In this document: piece by piece, positions 20,396-29,780 of the stretch
Layout: each line of letters starts with the position of its first letter
Position numbering within the stretch: the first letter of the stretch is position 1
NCBI GenBank assembly: GCA_963422395.1
Contig: OY729431.1
Span: 2,784,001-2,848,000 of the forward strand
Direction: 5' to 3'
DNA: 64,000 nt
Origin: Vicinamibacteria bacterium
GTDB lineage: Bacteria > Acidobacteriota > Vicinamibacteria > Marinacidobacterales > Marinacidobacteraceae
Notes under the pieces: model-generated
Database searches by the model: none
What the model saw: the letters and a program-made list of their open reading frames with translations, nothing else
Told to the model about the DNA's origin: nothing
Position numbers and translations under genes: made by a program

Positions 20396-21892
20396 TCAGG
20401 TCCCGGAGGGCATCGTGCCGGGCCCGGTGCTGGTCTCTCCCCCGCCGGTCAGCCCGACGATCAGGTCCATCACATTGGTGCCGGTAGGGCCCGTCACCAA
20501 CAGATCACCCGTCTCCCGGTGCACGGTCCACGCATCGTTGCGCCGGAGGTGGGCGGCAGGATCGAGACCCCGCATCCGGGCGCGCCGCCAGGACTTGCCG
20601 TCAGCGAACGCGCCGGCCGCGTCCGTCGGCCCATCGGTCCCGTCGGTCCCGGCAGCCAGTAGCGCGAGCTGCGGCACTCCCTCGAGGGCGCCGCCCGCAA
20701 CGAGCGCGAGCTCCTGACTGCGCCCTCCGCGGCCGTCGCCAACGACCCGCAAGGTCAGCTCGCCCCCCGCGAGCAATGCGAAGCGGCCGTCTGCAGCCGC
20801 CAGCTCGGCCAGCCGTTCGGCGAAACGGCGCGCCGCATCGTGGACCTCTCCGACGAGATCCCGTCCAAAGATTTCGGATCGGTACCCGAGCCGCTCCGCA
20901 GCTCGGACCGCGGCCGCGAGGGAGCGCGCGTTGCTGGCGACGATGAAGTGGGGGACGACCGTTTCCGGACATGCCGGAGTCTCCGCCAGCCGCCCGGCAG
21001 CGCCGTCTTGCAACCGGCGGATCACGGGGCCCGGCACCCGCGCTATCAGATCGAACCGGTGAAGCACCTGCAGCGCGTCCTCGAAGGTCGTCGGATCAGC
21101 AGCTGCCGGGCCGGAGCCGATGGAGGTCAGATCGTCGCCGACCACATCGGAAATCACCAGAGCGCTGCTTCGGCCCGGAGGGAAGAAGGGGAGCAGCTGG
21201 CCGCCCTTGACCGCAGAAAGATGCTTGCGGACGGCGTTCATCTCGTGGATGTCCGCCCCGCTGGCGAGCAGCAGGGAGCTGACCTTCGATTTCTGTTCCA
21301 GAGTGATTCCGGGAGCCGGAGAGACGAGGAGTGCCGAGGCGCCCCCGGTGAGCAGGAAGAGAATGCGGCCCCCCTCTCCGACGTCCCGCAGTTCGTCGAG
21401 CAGCCGGTGGGTGGACGCCACGGAATCGGCGTCCGGAACGGGATGTCCCGCCTCCTCGACCGCCACCCCGGGAATGGCGGTCCCGTGCCCGCGCTTGACG
21501 ATGATCCGCCCGCTGACGGTCTCGCCGGCCAATCGGCGCGCCACCCCGTAGCCGAGAGCGGACGCCGCCTTTCCGGCGCCGAACAGGAAGACCGGATCCC
21601 CGGCGTGGGCTCGGGGCGGGAGCAGGGGGCTCCCGCGGAACTTCCACCCTGCGTCCGGATCCCCTTCGATGTCCTGCGCGAGGATGGGCCCGGGTTGCGC
21701 AGCTCGCAGCGCGGCGCGGTAGATCGTGAGCAGATCGCTCCTCAGGCCGGCAACGATCGGCGGAATTCTCTCCCCGTCCGGAGCGGCGCCGCGGATCGAG
21801 GGACGCCCTCTCACAGTGCGTTTCCCGCGGGACTTCCGCGCCGCGCGGGTAGAGTTGCCCGGTGGATCCGCCGCCGGCGCCCGAGGTGACAC
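20396..21892 (-). CDS. Glycerate 2-kinase (DUF4147/MOFRL); start uncertain
   Basis: GAGKAA, EAGHPVPD, LLTGGASAL, RKHLSAVKGG, SDVVGD, GGRSQE, GTDGTDGPTDAAGA, TGPTGTNVMD. Confidence 0.9.
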   Translation of the reverse strand: MSPRAPAADPPGNSTRAARKSRGKRTVRGRPSIRGAAPDGERIPPIVAGLRSDLLTIYRAALRAAQPGPILAQDIEGDPDAGWKFRGSPLLPPRAHAGDPVFLFGAGKAASALGYGVARRLAGETVSGRIIVKRGHGTAIPGVAVEEAGHPVPDADSVASTHRLLDELRDVGEGGRILFLLTGGASALLVSPAPGITLEQKSKVSSLLLASGADIHEMNAVRKHLSAVKGGQLLPFFPPGRSSALVISDVVGDDLTSIGSGPAAADPTTFEDALQVLHRFDLIARVPGPVIRRLQDGAAGRLAETPACPETVVPHFIVASNARSLAAAVRAAERLGYRSEIFGRDLVGEVHDAARRFAERLAELAAADGRFALLAGGELTLRVVGDGRGGRSQELALVAGGALEGVPQLALLAAGTDGTDGPTDAAGAFADGKSWRRARMRGLDPAAHLRRNDAWTVHRETGDLLVTGPTGTNVMDLIVGLTGGGETSTGPGTMPSGT

Positions 21893-22036
21893 AGCCGAAA
21901 CGATGGCACTTCGTCGCCGCCTTCGCCCCTATCGCGATCTCGCTCCTCGCACTCGCCGGCCTCTTCGCGTTCCACTGCGCGAGGAGCTGAGGACACCGGA
22001 GCCCGAGGCTCCTCGACGAGGACGAAGGAGAACGAC

Positions 22037-23029
22037 ATGTCGGAACGACAATGGTATGTAGCCGAAGGCGGGCGCACGCTCGGCCCCTATCCCGCCGACG
22101 AAATCGTCCGCGCTCTCCACAACGGCCGCTGGAGCCGCTCCACGCAGGTTTGTCCGGCAGGCGGCGCTGAATGGATACCGGCCGCCGAGGTGCCGGAATT
22201 CCGAATCGGGATCGGAGCGGGCTCGACCGCTCCCCGCCCGCCAACGCGAATGCATGAGGTGGACTACCGCATCTTCGGCGAGGAGATGCAATTCGTGGAG
22301 GTGGAACTCGATCCGGGCGAAGGGGCCATCGCCGAGGCGGGAGCGATGATGTTCATGACCGCCGGGATCGAAATGCGGACGATATTCGGCGATGGCGGAG
22401 AGCGCGGCTTCATGGACAAGCTCCTCGGAGCCGGGAAACGGCTTCTGACCGGCGAGAGTCTGTTCATGACCGAGTTCGTGAACCAGGGGGCGGGAAAGCA
22501 ACAGGTGGCGTTCGCCTCCCCGTATCCCGGAAAGATCCTCCCGGTCCAGCTGAGGGAGCTCGGGGGACGGCTGATCGCACAAAAGGACGCCTTTCTCTGC
22601 GGAGCCAAGGGCGTCTCTCTGGGGATCGCCTTTCAGCGCAAGATCGGAACCGCGCTTTTCGGCGGCGAAGGGTTCATCATGCAGTCGCTCGAAGGAGACG
22701 GACTGGCGTTCCTGCACGCCGGGGGGATGGTCGTGAGGAAGGAACTGGCCGCCGGCGAAAACCTGCGCGTGGACAGCGGCTGTCTCGTGGCGCTGGCCCC
22801 TTCGGTGCACTACGACATCCAGTTCGTGGGGGGCATCAAGTCGGCGATCTTCGGCGGTGAAGGATTCTTTTTCGCCAACCTGACCGGTCCGGGATGGGTC
22901 TGGCTCCAGTCGCTGCCGTTCAGTCGGCTCGCCGGACGGATCCACCAGGCGGCGCCGCAAACCGGCGGTGGGGGAAAGGGCGAGGGCTCGATCCTCGGCC
23001 GCATCTCGGGGGTCGGTTGGGACGGGTGA
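22037..23029 (+). CDS. TIGR00266/AIM24 family protein with N-terminal GYF_2-like domain
   Basis: WYVAEGGRTLGPY...W N-terminal domain; GEEMQFVEVELDPGE...GGEGF...GPGWVWLQSLPFSR; SD AAGGAG. Confidence 0.88.
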   Translation: MSERQWYVAEGGRTLGPYPADEIVRALHNGRWSRSTQVCPAGGAEWIPAAEVPEFRIGIGAGSTAPRPPTRMHEVDYRIFGEEMQFVEVELDPGEGAIAEAGAMMFMTAGIEMRTIFGDGGERGFMDKLLGAGKRLLTGESLFMTEFVNQGAGKQQVAFASPYPGKILPVQLRELGGRLIAQKDAFLCGAKGVSLGIAFQRKIGTALFGGEGFIMQSLEGDGLAFLHAGGMVVRKELAAGENLRVDSGCLVALAPSVHYDIQFVGGIKSAIFGGEGFFFANLTGPGWVWLQSLPFSRLAGRIHQAAPQTGGGGKGEGSILGRISGVGWDG

Positions 23030-23033
23030 TCGG

Positions 23034-23570
23034 TTGAGCGAACCCGCTCCGGCGGCGCTGCCCAGCGCCCGCAGCGGCGAAGCGGAGGCTTTCCTCGCTC
23101 GCTTCTCCTGGAACGACTGGACCCCCGACGAGAAGGCCACCCTGCTCTTCCTCATCCGCGGCGGCCGGATCCTCTTGATCGAAAAACACCGCGGCCTCGG
23201 CAAGGGAAAGATCAACGGCCCCGGGGGACGCATCGAACCCGCGGAGACTCCCCGGCAAGCAGCGATCCGGGAAACCGAGGAAGAAGTGCTGATTCGCCCG
23301 ACCGGAGTTCGCCTCAGCGGGGAACTCTGCTTCCAGTTCGTGAGCGGCTACGCGGTCCGCGTCTTCGTGTTTCGGGCCGACGACTTCAAGGGAGAACCGG
23401 GGCCTACCCCCGAGGCGACACCGATCTGGTTCGATCTCGAAGCCATTCCGTACGGGCGCATGTGGGAAGACGACGCGGTCTGGTTGCCGCTCCTGCTACA
23501 GAACCAGCCGTTCCGGGGGCGCTTCGTCTTCGACGGCGAACGGATGGTGGCGCAAGAACTCGAGACTTGA
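23034..23570 (+). CDS. Nudix hydrolase (8-oxo-dGTP diphosphatase, MTH1-like)
   Basis: Nudix box GGRIEPAETPRQAAIRETEEE; IPYGRMWEDD. Confidence 0.9.
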   Translation: MSEPAPAALPSARSGEAEAFLARFSWNDWTPDEKATLLFLIRGGRILLIEKHRGLGKGKINGPGGRIEPAETPRQAAIRETEEEVLIRPTGVRLSGELCFQFVSGYAVRVFVFRADDFKGEPGPTPEATPIWFDLEAIPYGRMWEDDAVWLPLLLQNQPFRGRFVFDGERMVAQELET

Positions 23571-23594
23571 TCGGAGTGCGGCCGCCCGCTTCGT

Positions 23595-26500
23595 TCAACG
23601 GTTCCTTTCGAACGGCTTTCCGCCTCCGGCGACGATCCGTTCGCCGATCGCATCCAGGCGTCCCCCGAGCAGGGCGTCGAGCTTCTCGAGAAGCTCGTCC
23701 AGTTCGCCCGACAATTCATCGAACACGGCATACGCGCCGTCCGTCGGCTTCGCATCGCCGGTTTCCACGCTTCGGCGAAGGGAGGCCAGCCGGTTGTTCA
23801 GGCGGATCGGAAAATTCAGCGGATCCTGGTTGCTACGGTTCTTCGTCTGGTAGAGCGCCTCCTCGATAGCGGTCATCTCCTCGATGAGCTGTCCCCCGTC
23901 GGCGATCAGGCTCTGATCGTTCGTCCCTTCCAGCCGTTCCTCGATCTGGGACCTCAGGGCACGGATCCGGATCACCGCCTCGTTCGCCATGGATGTCCGT
24001 TCCCGGATGCGCTCGGCAAGACGGAACTGCTCTTCGAGATCGGCGGTCGTCACCCCCTCGAGCCGCGGGTCGGCGATCAGCGTCAGATCCGTCGTCTCCG
24101 TCATCCCCCCCGCTTCGACGCGCACCTGGTACCGGCCCGGAGGTGCTTTCGGGCCGCTTTCCGCGCGGGCACTCCAGAGGATCATCCCGTCGAACCCGAC
24201 GGCCCCCCGGTAGCGGCCGTTCCAGACGAAGCGGTTGAGACCCTCGGCGGTCGTGGGAGTGGACGACCGGCGGGCACGAAAAAAGGAGAAGTCCGGTTCG
24301 GCTTTCGAGACCGGCTCCGTCCCCTCGAAGGAATCCACCAGCTCTCCGCCGGTGTCGAAGATCGACACGACGATCCGATCGACTTCCTCGGCGAGGTAGT
24401 ACTGGATCACCGCGTCCTGCACCCCGCGCACGGCCCGATCGGGCTCGAAAAGAGTCAAGGCGGCGCTTGGGACATCCGGGGTCCACTGGCGGAGCGGCTC
24501 GATGTCGTCGAGGATCCAAAAACCCCGCCCGTGCGTGCCCAGTACGACATCCCTTCCCTCGACGACCAGATCGCGGATCGGGGTGTCCGGCAGGTTCTGC
24601 TGGAGGGACATCCAGCGGTCTCCGTCGTTCCACGAGGCGTACACCCCATGCTCGGTGCCGAGGAACAGCAGCCCCTCGCGGACGGGGTCCTCGCGGACGG
24701 CGCGGGCGAAGTGTCCGGGGGGGATCCCGTCCACGATCGCCGCCCAGGTCGCTCCGTAATCCGTGGTGCGAAAGACATAGGGCTCGCGGTCATCCACCTG
24801 GTAACGATTCGCGGCGGCGAAGATCGTGCCTTCCCGGTGCGAGGACTCCTCGATGAGGCTGACGCGGCTGAACTTCGGCAGGTCCCGCGGCGTGATGTCG
24901 CTCCAGGTCGCTCCGTGGTCCCGAGTCACATGGATGCGCCCATCGTCGGATCCCACCCAGATGGTGTCCCGGTCGTGTCGTGACGGCGCCACCGCGAAGA
25001 TCGTCGCGTAGATCTCCGGCCCATTCATGTCCATCGTGATGAGTCCGCCGGTCTCGCCGAGTGTTTCCGGATCGGCGTAGGTCAGATCCGGGCTGATCTT
25101 CTTCCAGGACTGGCCGTCGTCGGTCGTCAGGTACAGGAACTGGGAACTGGTGTAGAGCCGATCCTCGTCGAGCGGAGAAAACACGATCGGGAAAGTCCAC
25201 TGCCAGCGGTCGGGCAAGGCACTGGCCGGTTCGCCGGAAAAGAAGCGCGGATAGACCTGGATGTCACGGATCTGCCCGCTCCCTCGGTGGTAGCGGGTCA
25301 GGAGTGCGCCCTGGCTGCCGGCGTAGAAGACATCGAGCTGTGAAGGATGCTGGGTGATGTGCCCGCTTTCTCCTCCCCCCACTGCGTAGTACCAGCGGCT
25401 CCCCGGACCCCGCGCCTGCATGTGGTCCCAGCCCTCGCTCGGCACGCACACCGTCGAGTTGTCCTGTTGCGCCCCGCACACATGGTAGGGAAAGTCGTTC
25501 GTTACATTCACACGATAGAGCTGCGTCGTCACATAGTCCTGGTCGGTCCAGGTCTCTCCGCCGTTGACGCTGACATTGCCCCCGCCATCGTTCGAGTTGC
25601 ACATGCGGAGAGGATCGTTGGGATCGATCCAGAGATCGTGCTGGTCGCCGTGCGGCGGACGGAGCACCTGATCGAAGGTCTCCCCGCCGTCCACCGATTT
25701 GTAGAACCCCGTGTTCAGCGCGTACACCGTATCGGCGTCCACCGGATCGGCGTACACCCGTGAGTAGTAGAAGGCGCGCTGACGCAGCTTGCGCTCGTCG
25801 TTCGTCAGCCGCCAGCTGGCTCCCCGGTCGTCCGAACGGAAAACGCCGCCCTCCGGGGCCTCGACGATCGCCCAGACGCGATCCGGATTCGCCGGAGAGA
25901 CCGTGACCCCGATCTTGCCGATCGGCCCTTCGGGCATGCCCGGGTTCCCGGTCAGTTCCGTCCAGGTGTCTCCGCCGTCCTCGGAACGGTAGAGACCGGA
26001 ATCGGGACCGCCGCCCCACATCTTCCAGGCCTTGCGGTACACCTGCCAAAGGCTCGCGTACAGCACCTCGGGGTTCGTCCGATCGATGATGAGGTCCGCC
26101 GCTCCCGCCCCCGGACCGACGAACAGCACCCGCTCCCAATTCGCCCCGGCGTCACGCGACCGGAAGACTCCGCGCTCCTCGTTGTCTCCGTACGGATGGC
26201 CCAGCGCTGCGACATAGACGATCTCCGGGTTCACCGGGTGAATCCGGATCCGGGAGATCGCCTGGGTGTCGGCGAGGCCTACATGACGCCAGGTGGCGCC
26301 GCCATCGGAACTCCGGTACACCCCGTCGCCCTGAGTGATGCTGCCTCGAAGCTGGGTTTCCCCGCCGCCGATGAAGAGGATGTCCGGGTTCGTCTCGGAC
26401 ACCGCCACCGCACCGATCGAGGAGCTCGAAATCTGCCCGTCGGTCACCGGAACCCAGGTGGTTCCGGAGTCCTCTGTCTTCCACAGACCGCCGCCGGTCG

Positions 26501-26702
26501 CACCGAAGTAATACTCGTGACGCCGCCCCGGGCTTCCGCTGCAGCTGAGCGAGCGCCCGCCGCGGGCTGGCCCGATGTTGCGCCACGCCAGGGTCTGGAT
26601 CTGCGAAGGCTCGGGACGAGAGCCCTGAGCGGCTGCCGGCAGCGCCAGGATCCAAAAGCAGGGGAACAGCATCCAGCGGAAGCCGTATCGGCGATGACTC
26701 AT
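23595..26702 (-). CDS. Secreted VPS10/BNR-repeat beta-propeller glycosyl hydrolase-like protein
   Basis: Signal peptide; WRNIGPARGGR; many SxDxGxTW Asp-box repeats; GTHGRGFWILDD. Confidence 0.88.
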   Translation of the reverse strand: MSHRRYGFRWMLFPCFWILALPAAAQGSRPEPSQIQTLAWRNIGPARGGRSLSCSGSPGRRHEYYFGATGGGLWKTEDSGTTWVPVTDGQISSSSIGAVAVSETNPDILFIGGGETQLRGSITQGDGVYRSSDGGATWRHVGLADTQAISRIRIHPVNPEIVYVAALGHPYGDNEERGVFRSRDAGANWERVLFVGPGAGAADLIIDRTNPEVLYASLWQVYRKAWKMWGGGPDSGLYRSEDGGDTWTELTGNPGMPEGPIGKIGVTVSPANPDRVWAIVEAPEGGVFRSDDRGASWRLTNDERKLRQRAFYYSRVYADPVDADTVYALNTGFYKSVDGGETFDQVLRPPHGDQHDLWIDPNDPLRMCNSNDGGGNVSVNGGETWTDQDYVTTQLYRVNVTNDFPYHVCGAQQDNSTVCVPSEGWDHMQARGPGSRWYYAVGGGESGHITQHPSQLDVFYAGSQGALLTRYHRGSGQIRDIQVYPRFFSGEPASALPDRWQWTFPIVFSPLDEDRLYTSSQFLYLTTDDGQSWKKISPDLTYADPETLGETGGLITMDMNGPEIYATIFAVAPSRHDRDTIWVGSDDGRIHVTRDHGATWSDITPRDLPKFSRVSLIEESSHREGTIFAAANRYQVDDREPYVFRTTDYGATWAAIVDGIPPGHFARAVREDPVREGLLFLGTEHGVYASWNDGDRWMSLQQNLPDTPIRDLVVEGRDVVLGTHGRGFWILDDIEPLRQWTPDVPSAALTLFEPDRAVRGVQDAVIQYYLAEEVDRIVVSIFDTGGELVDSFEGTEPVSKAEPDFSFFRARRSSTPTTAEGLNRFVWNGRYRGAVGFDGMILWSARAESGPKAPPGRYQVRVEAGGMTETTDLTLIADPRLEGVTTADLEEQFRLAERIRERTSMANEAVIRIRALRSQIEERLEGTNDQSLIADGGQLIEEMTAIEEALYQTKNRSNQDPLNFPIRLNNRLASLRRSVETGDAKPTDGAYAVFDELSGELDELLEKLDALLGGRLDAIGERIVAGGGKPFERNR

Positions 26703-26767
26703 CGAAACCCTCCTGGGGGAAGCGCCGCCACCGGGCGGTTCGGGCGGGGAGCATATGGCTGGAAGCC

Positions 26768-26786
26768 TTTATCCACAGACTGCTAG
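26768..26786 (+). repeat. Solo or degenerate MITE terminal repeat
   Basis: TTTATCCACAGACTGCTAG. Confidence 0.6.
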
Positions 26787-26798
26787 GCTTCCGCCTCC

Positions 26799-27062
26799 GT
26801 GGCCAATCGTTCCCGTCAGACTTTCCTGAAGCGCCGCAAGGAAAAAGAGCGGGTCGCACGGCAGCGGGCCAAGGAAATGCGCCGCCGCGAGCGGGCGGTC
26901 GGGAAGGTCCATGAGGTCCCCAGCCACGGAGCCGGAGATCGGGACCTCGAGGGGATCGTGCCCGGCCCGCAGGAGCCCGTGTGGAAGATCGCCGGGGTGC
27001 TGACGGACGAGGAAGTGGACGCACTCGAAGAGGAAGAAGAGGAAGAGCGCGTCCGCGCCTGA
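26799..27062 (+). CDS. Small hypothetical protein, basic N-terminus and acidic C-terminus
   Basis: MANRSRQTFLKRRKEKER...DRDLEGIVPGPQ...EEEEEEE; composition looks like a real protein. Confidence 0.7.
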   Translation: MANRSRQTFLKRRKEKERVARQRAKEMRRRERAVGKVHEVPSHGAGDRDLEGIVPGPQEPVWKIAGVLTDEEVDALEEEEEEERVRA

Positions 27063-27290
27063 ATTTCCGGGCACCCGCCCGGATCCCGGGGAGGATCTTC
27101 CCGGTGAGGTCCGGAGCGTCGCCGTCGAGCGGACCGGCGGCAGCGAGATCGCCCTGCTGGCCAACTCCGGTTGGCCGACCTGAGCGAAGGCGCCCGCGAG
27201 ACCATCCGGGAACTCGTCCGCAGTGACTGCCTCGTCGCCGGCGCCGCAGTCCCCGGTGATACACTAGATCGGTTACGGCGAAATTCGGTC

Positions 27291-27364
27291 GGCGGGGTAG
27301 CTCAGCCGGTTAGAGCGAAGGACTCATAACCCTTAGGTCGGCGGTTCGAGTCCGCCCCCCGCTA
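27291..27364 (+). tRNA. tRNA-Met (CAT), elongator-type
   Basis: GGCGGGGTAGCTCAG...AAGGA CTCATAA CCCTT...GGTTCGAGTCC; candidate extended -10 TGaTACACT at 27257-27265. Confidence 0.9.
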
Positions 27365-27415
27365 CCGGCCCGGTCCGGGTGCTCCCGGAAACGGGAGAGC
27401 CCCGAGGGAGAGGTC

Positions 27416-27745
27416 ATGAGCACCAGACGAACATTCAAGATCAAAGCTCGGCGCGGGGTGTCCTGCCCCGAGGTGTACGCGAATTTCTGTGAGGCCACCC
27501 ATTCACCTTTCGATCTGACGCTCACTTTCTGCAATCTCACCGGAATCCAGCCGGAAGACCTCGCGAATACCGACTCTTCGGGAGAGGCGGTCGTTCGGGC
27601 CGATCCCAAGACCCGGATAACTCTTCCGTTCCGGATCGTCCCCGCTCTGATCAAGATGCTCGAGACCCAGATGCGAGCGGTGGAAGAGGCCGAGAACGAA
27701 GAACCGCCGCCTTCCCGGGGCACCGACTTCTCGCTGGTGCATTAG
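27416..27745 (+). CDS. DUF3467-like protein
   Basis: EVYANF...SPFDLTLTF...RITLP pattern; SD GAGG. Its stop TAG is the first triplet of the MITE. Confidence 0.75.
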   Translation: MSTRRTFKIKARRGVSCPEVYANFCEATHSPFDLTLTFCNLTGIQPEDLANTDSSGEAVVRADPKTRITLPFRIVPALIKMLETQMRAVEEAENEEPPPSRGTDFSLVH

Positions 27746-27936
27746 CAGCCTGTGGACAAAGTCACACGGCCGTCGACCGACGATGCCCAGTTCTCCCGGT
27801 GGGGGCCCCGCCTGAACCGCTTCGCTCGGCGTTGCGATTCCGTCGGAATACACCCGGTATGCCTCCCGATTCGCGCCTTGTCCGCCGGGCGCCTCCCCGG
27901 TCTCAGTGCTCGCGCCACTTCATCCACAGGCTGCTA
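27743..27936 (+). mobile_element. MITE-like element, copy 1 (~194 bp)
   Basis: Perfect 14-bp TIR TAGCAGCCTGTGGA...TCCACAGGCTGCTA flanked by TTAG/CTAG; similar inverted copy at 42430-42622. Confidence 0.9.
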
Positions 27937-28064
27937 GCAATTTGTAGATGAAGCGGCGCACGCCCCGACAGGGGTCCCGTTCTCCCGGTCGGGTCTCCCC
28001 GATCGGGGCCCCCTCGCTACGCGGCACGGCCGGGGGGCTTCGGAAACAGGCTGCGGGCGGACCG

Positions 28065-28523
28065 ATGCAGGCGCGGGAGCCCTTACGTCCTGATTCCGCG
28101 AACGCTCCGCCCCGGAGGAGGACCGAACGCGACGGAGCGCTCGACCGGATCCAGGCCGCGCGCGCCGCAGTGGCCGGGAAGTCCCTCTGGTGGAAGCGAG
28201 GGAGCGTCGGAGGGGTCGCTCTCGCCATTGGGGTAGGGGTGCTGCAGGGATGGCCGCTTCTTCACCTGAGCGCCGTCCCGCTGGCCCTGCTCTGCTGGTG
28301 GGGCGACGCTGCCCTCACCCGGGCCGACAGCCGCCTGCAAACTCTCTACCGCACCGTGTTCGAGGGAACCATTCCCCCTCCGCTCCCAGGGGAAGAAACA
28401 GTCGTTGCGGACCGGCCGACGGAACCACCGCACGCATTGCGGCAGGCCCTGTTTTCAGGTCCGGGGTCCGGGCTCCATCTGATGATGATCGGTATCGCCG
28501 TCCTGGGCAACCTTCTCCTCTGA
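28065..28523 (+). CDS. Hypothetical membrane protein (3 TM)
   Basis: Hydrophobic segments; LDRIQ...KSLWWKRGSV and LLCWWGDAAL...LYRTV. Confidence 0.65.
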   Translation: MQAREPLRPDSANAPPRRRTERDGALDRIQAARAAVAGKSLWWKRGSVGGVALAIGVGVLQGWPLLHLSAVPLALLCWWGDAALTRADSRLQTLYRTVFEGTIPPPLPGEETVVADRPTEPPHALRQALFSGPGSGLHLMMIGIAVLGNLLL

Positions 28524-28790
28524 TCCAGCGACCGCCGCTGCTGCTGGAATCGAAATCCTCTCCTCGACGAGCATGATCGGGATTCCATTCCGAATCGGAT
28601 AGAGGAATCTCTGGTCTTCCGTCACCAGGCCCGCGTCCGGAACCTCGGAAACCGCCGTGCCTGCGGCTCCCGTGAGGGCGCCGGCCCGGGCGGCCCGGTG
28701 CAGCCGGTCCAGCAGCGCCGCCGGTGCCTCGTGAACCGGCCGCCTCGTCTCGGGACAGCAGAGGATCGAGAGAAGTTCGGGATGGATCAT
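28455..28790 (-). CDS. Trm112-like (UPF0434) protein
   Basis: ELLSILCCPET...YPIRNGIPIMLVEE. Confidence 0.85.
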   Translation of the reverse strand: MIHPELLSILCCPETRRPVHEAPAALLDRLHRAARAGALTGAAGTAVSEVPDAGLVTEDQRFLYPIRNGIPIMLVEERISIPAAAAVAGSEEKVAQDGDTDHHQMEPGPRT

Positions 28791-28821
28791 CGCAACGAGG
28801 CAGTCAGTCCCGGCGCCCTCC

Positions 28822-28908
28822 TGGTGCCGGAGGAGGGGGTCGAACCCTCACGGCCCCAAGGGCCGCGGGATTTTGAGTCCCGTGCGTCTGCCATTCCGCC
28901 ACTCCGGC
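28822..28908 (-). tRNA. tRNA-Leu (CAA)
   Basis: GCCGGAGTGGCGGAATGGCAGACGCACGGGACTCAAAATCCCG, long variable arm, encoded CCA. Confidence 0.95.
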
Positions 28909-29070
28909 AGGCCCCGGGCGCCGTCGCTGCTCGACAGCCTCGATGGGAGCAAGTGTACCCACGGTCTCATCAGCGCGCCGCCCCGCGGACGGCACGAAAA
29001 CAACCCGCAGGCTCATGGTATCCTTCTAGGTCGGTCGTCACCCCGATATTCACGGAGGCGTTGCTCGTCC

Positions 29071-29703
29071 ATGCAGTTCGCAGTGGGAGACAAGGTGATC
29101 TACCCTAACCAGGGGATCAGCGTCGTCGAGAGCATCGAGTTGTCGCCTAGCGCTTCCGGTATGAGCTTCTACCGCTTGCGCCTGCTGGCGAAGTCCACTC
29201 TGGTCATGGTCCCCATCGAGAAAGTGGACGAGGTCGGCCTGCGGCCGATCATGAGTGAGAGCGATGTGGAAGAGGTCCTCGATGTCCTCGAGCACGGTGC
29301 CGTCAACGAACAGTTGAATTGGAAGACCCGGTACAAGGACAACTCCGACCGGATGAAGAGCGGATCTCCGGTCGAGGTGGCCGGAGTTCTCAAGGGCCTC
29401 TTCTACCTGAGCGAACGGAAGACGCTCTCCTTTCGGGAGAAGCGGATGCTCGACCGCGCCCATCAGCTCACCGTTACCGAAGTCGCCGAAGTGGCCAGGG
29501 AGACTCTCGAAGACGTCGAGCGGAAAGTCGTCGAGGCGCTCCGCCGCAGCCGCCAGGGGCAGGAGGGCGCTGCGTCGCGGGAGGAAAACGGAGGACACGG
29601 AGCGACCAGCGTGGTGCCGTCGAAGCCTCCGAAGCGACGACGGTCCGCCCGGGGTGCGGAAGGGCGCCGCCGCCCCGTATCTATCTCGATCAATCGGTAC
29701 TGA
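29071..29703 (+). CDS. carD: CarD family transcriptional regulator
   Basis: MQFAVGDKVIYPNQGI...VGLRPI...NWKTRYK...LSFREKRML; SD GGAGG. Confidence 0.92.
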   Translation: MQFAVGDKVIYPNQGISVVESIELSPSASGMSFYRLRLLAKSTLVMVPIEKVDEVGLRPIMSESDVEEVLDVLEHGAVNEQLNWKTRYKDNSDRMKSGSPVEVAGVLKGLFYLSERKTLSFREKRMLDRAHQLTVTEVAEVARETLEDVERKVVEALRRSRQGQEGAASREENGGHGATSVVPSKPPKRRRSARGAEGRRRPVSISINRY

Positions 29704-29780
29704 GATCCCGTCACGGAGCCCGGGGTCCTGCATCGCAGTCTGCCGACGCGACCGCACCGCTCGTCTCTGTCCGTGGGGCC

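Noticed and set aside
27291-28908. Possible integrated island between tRNA-Met and tRNA-Leu
   Set aside because: No integrase or duplicated tRNA 3' end seen.
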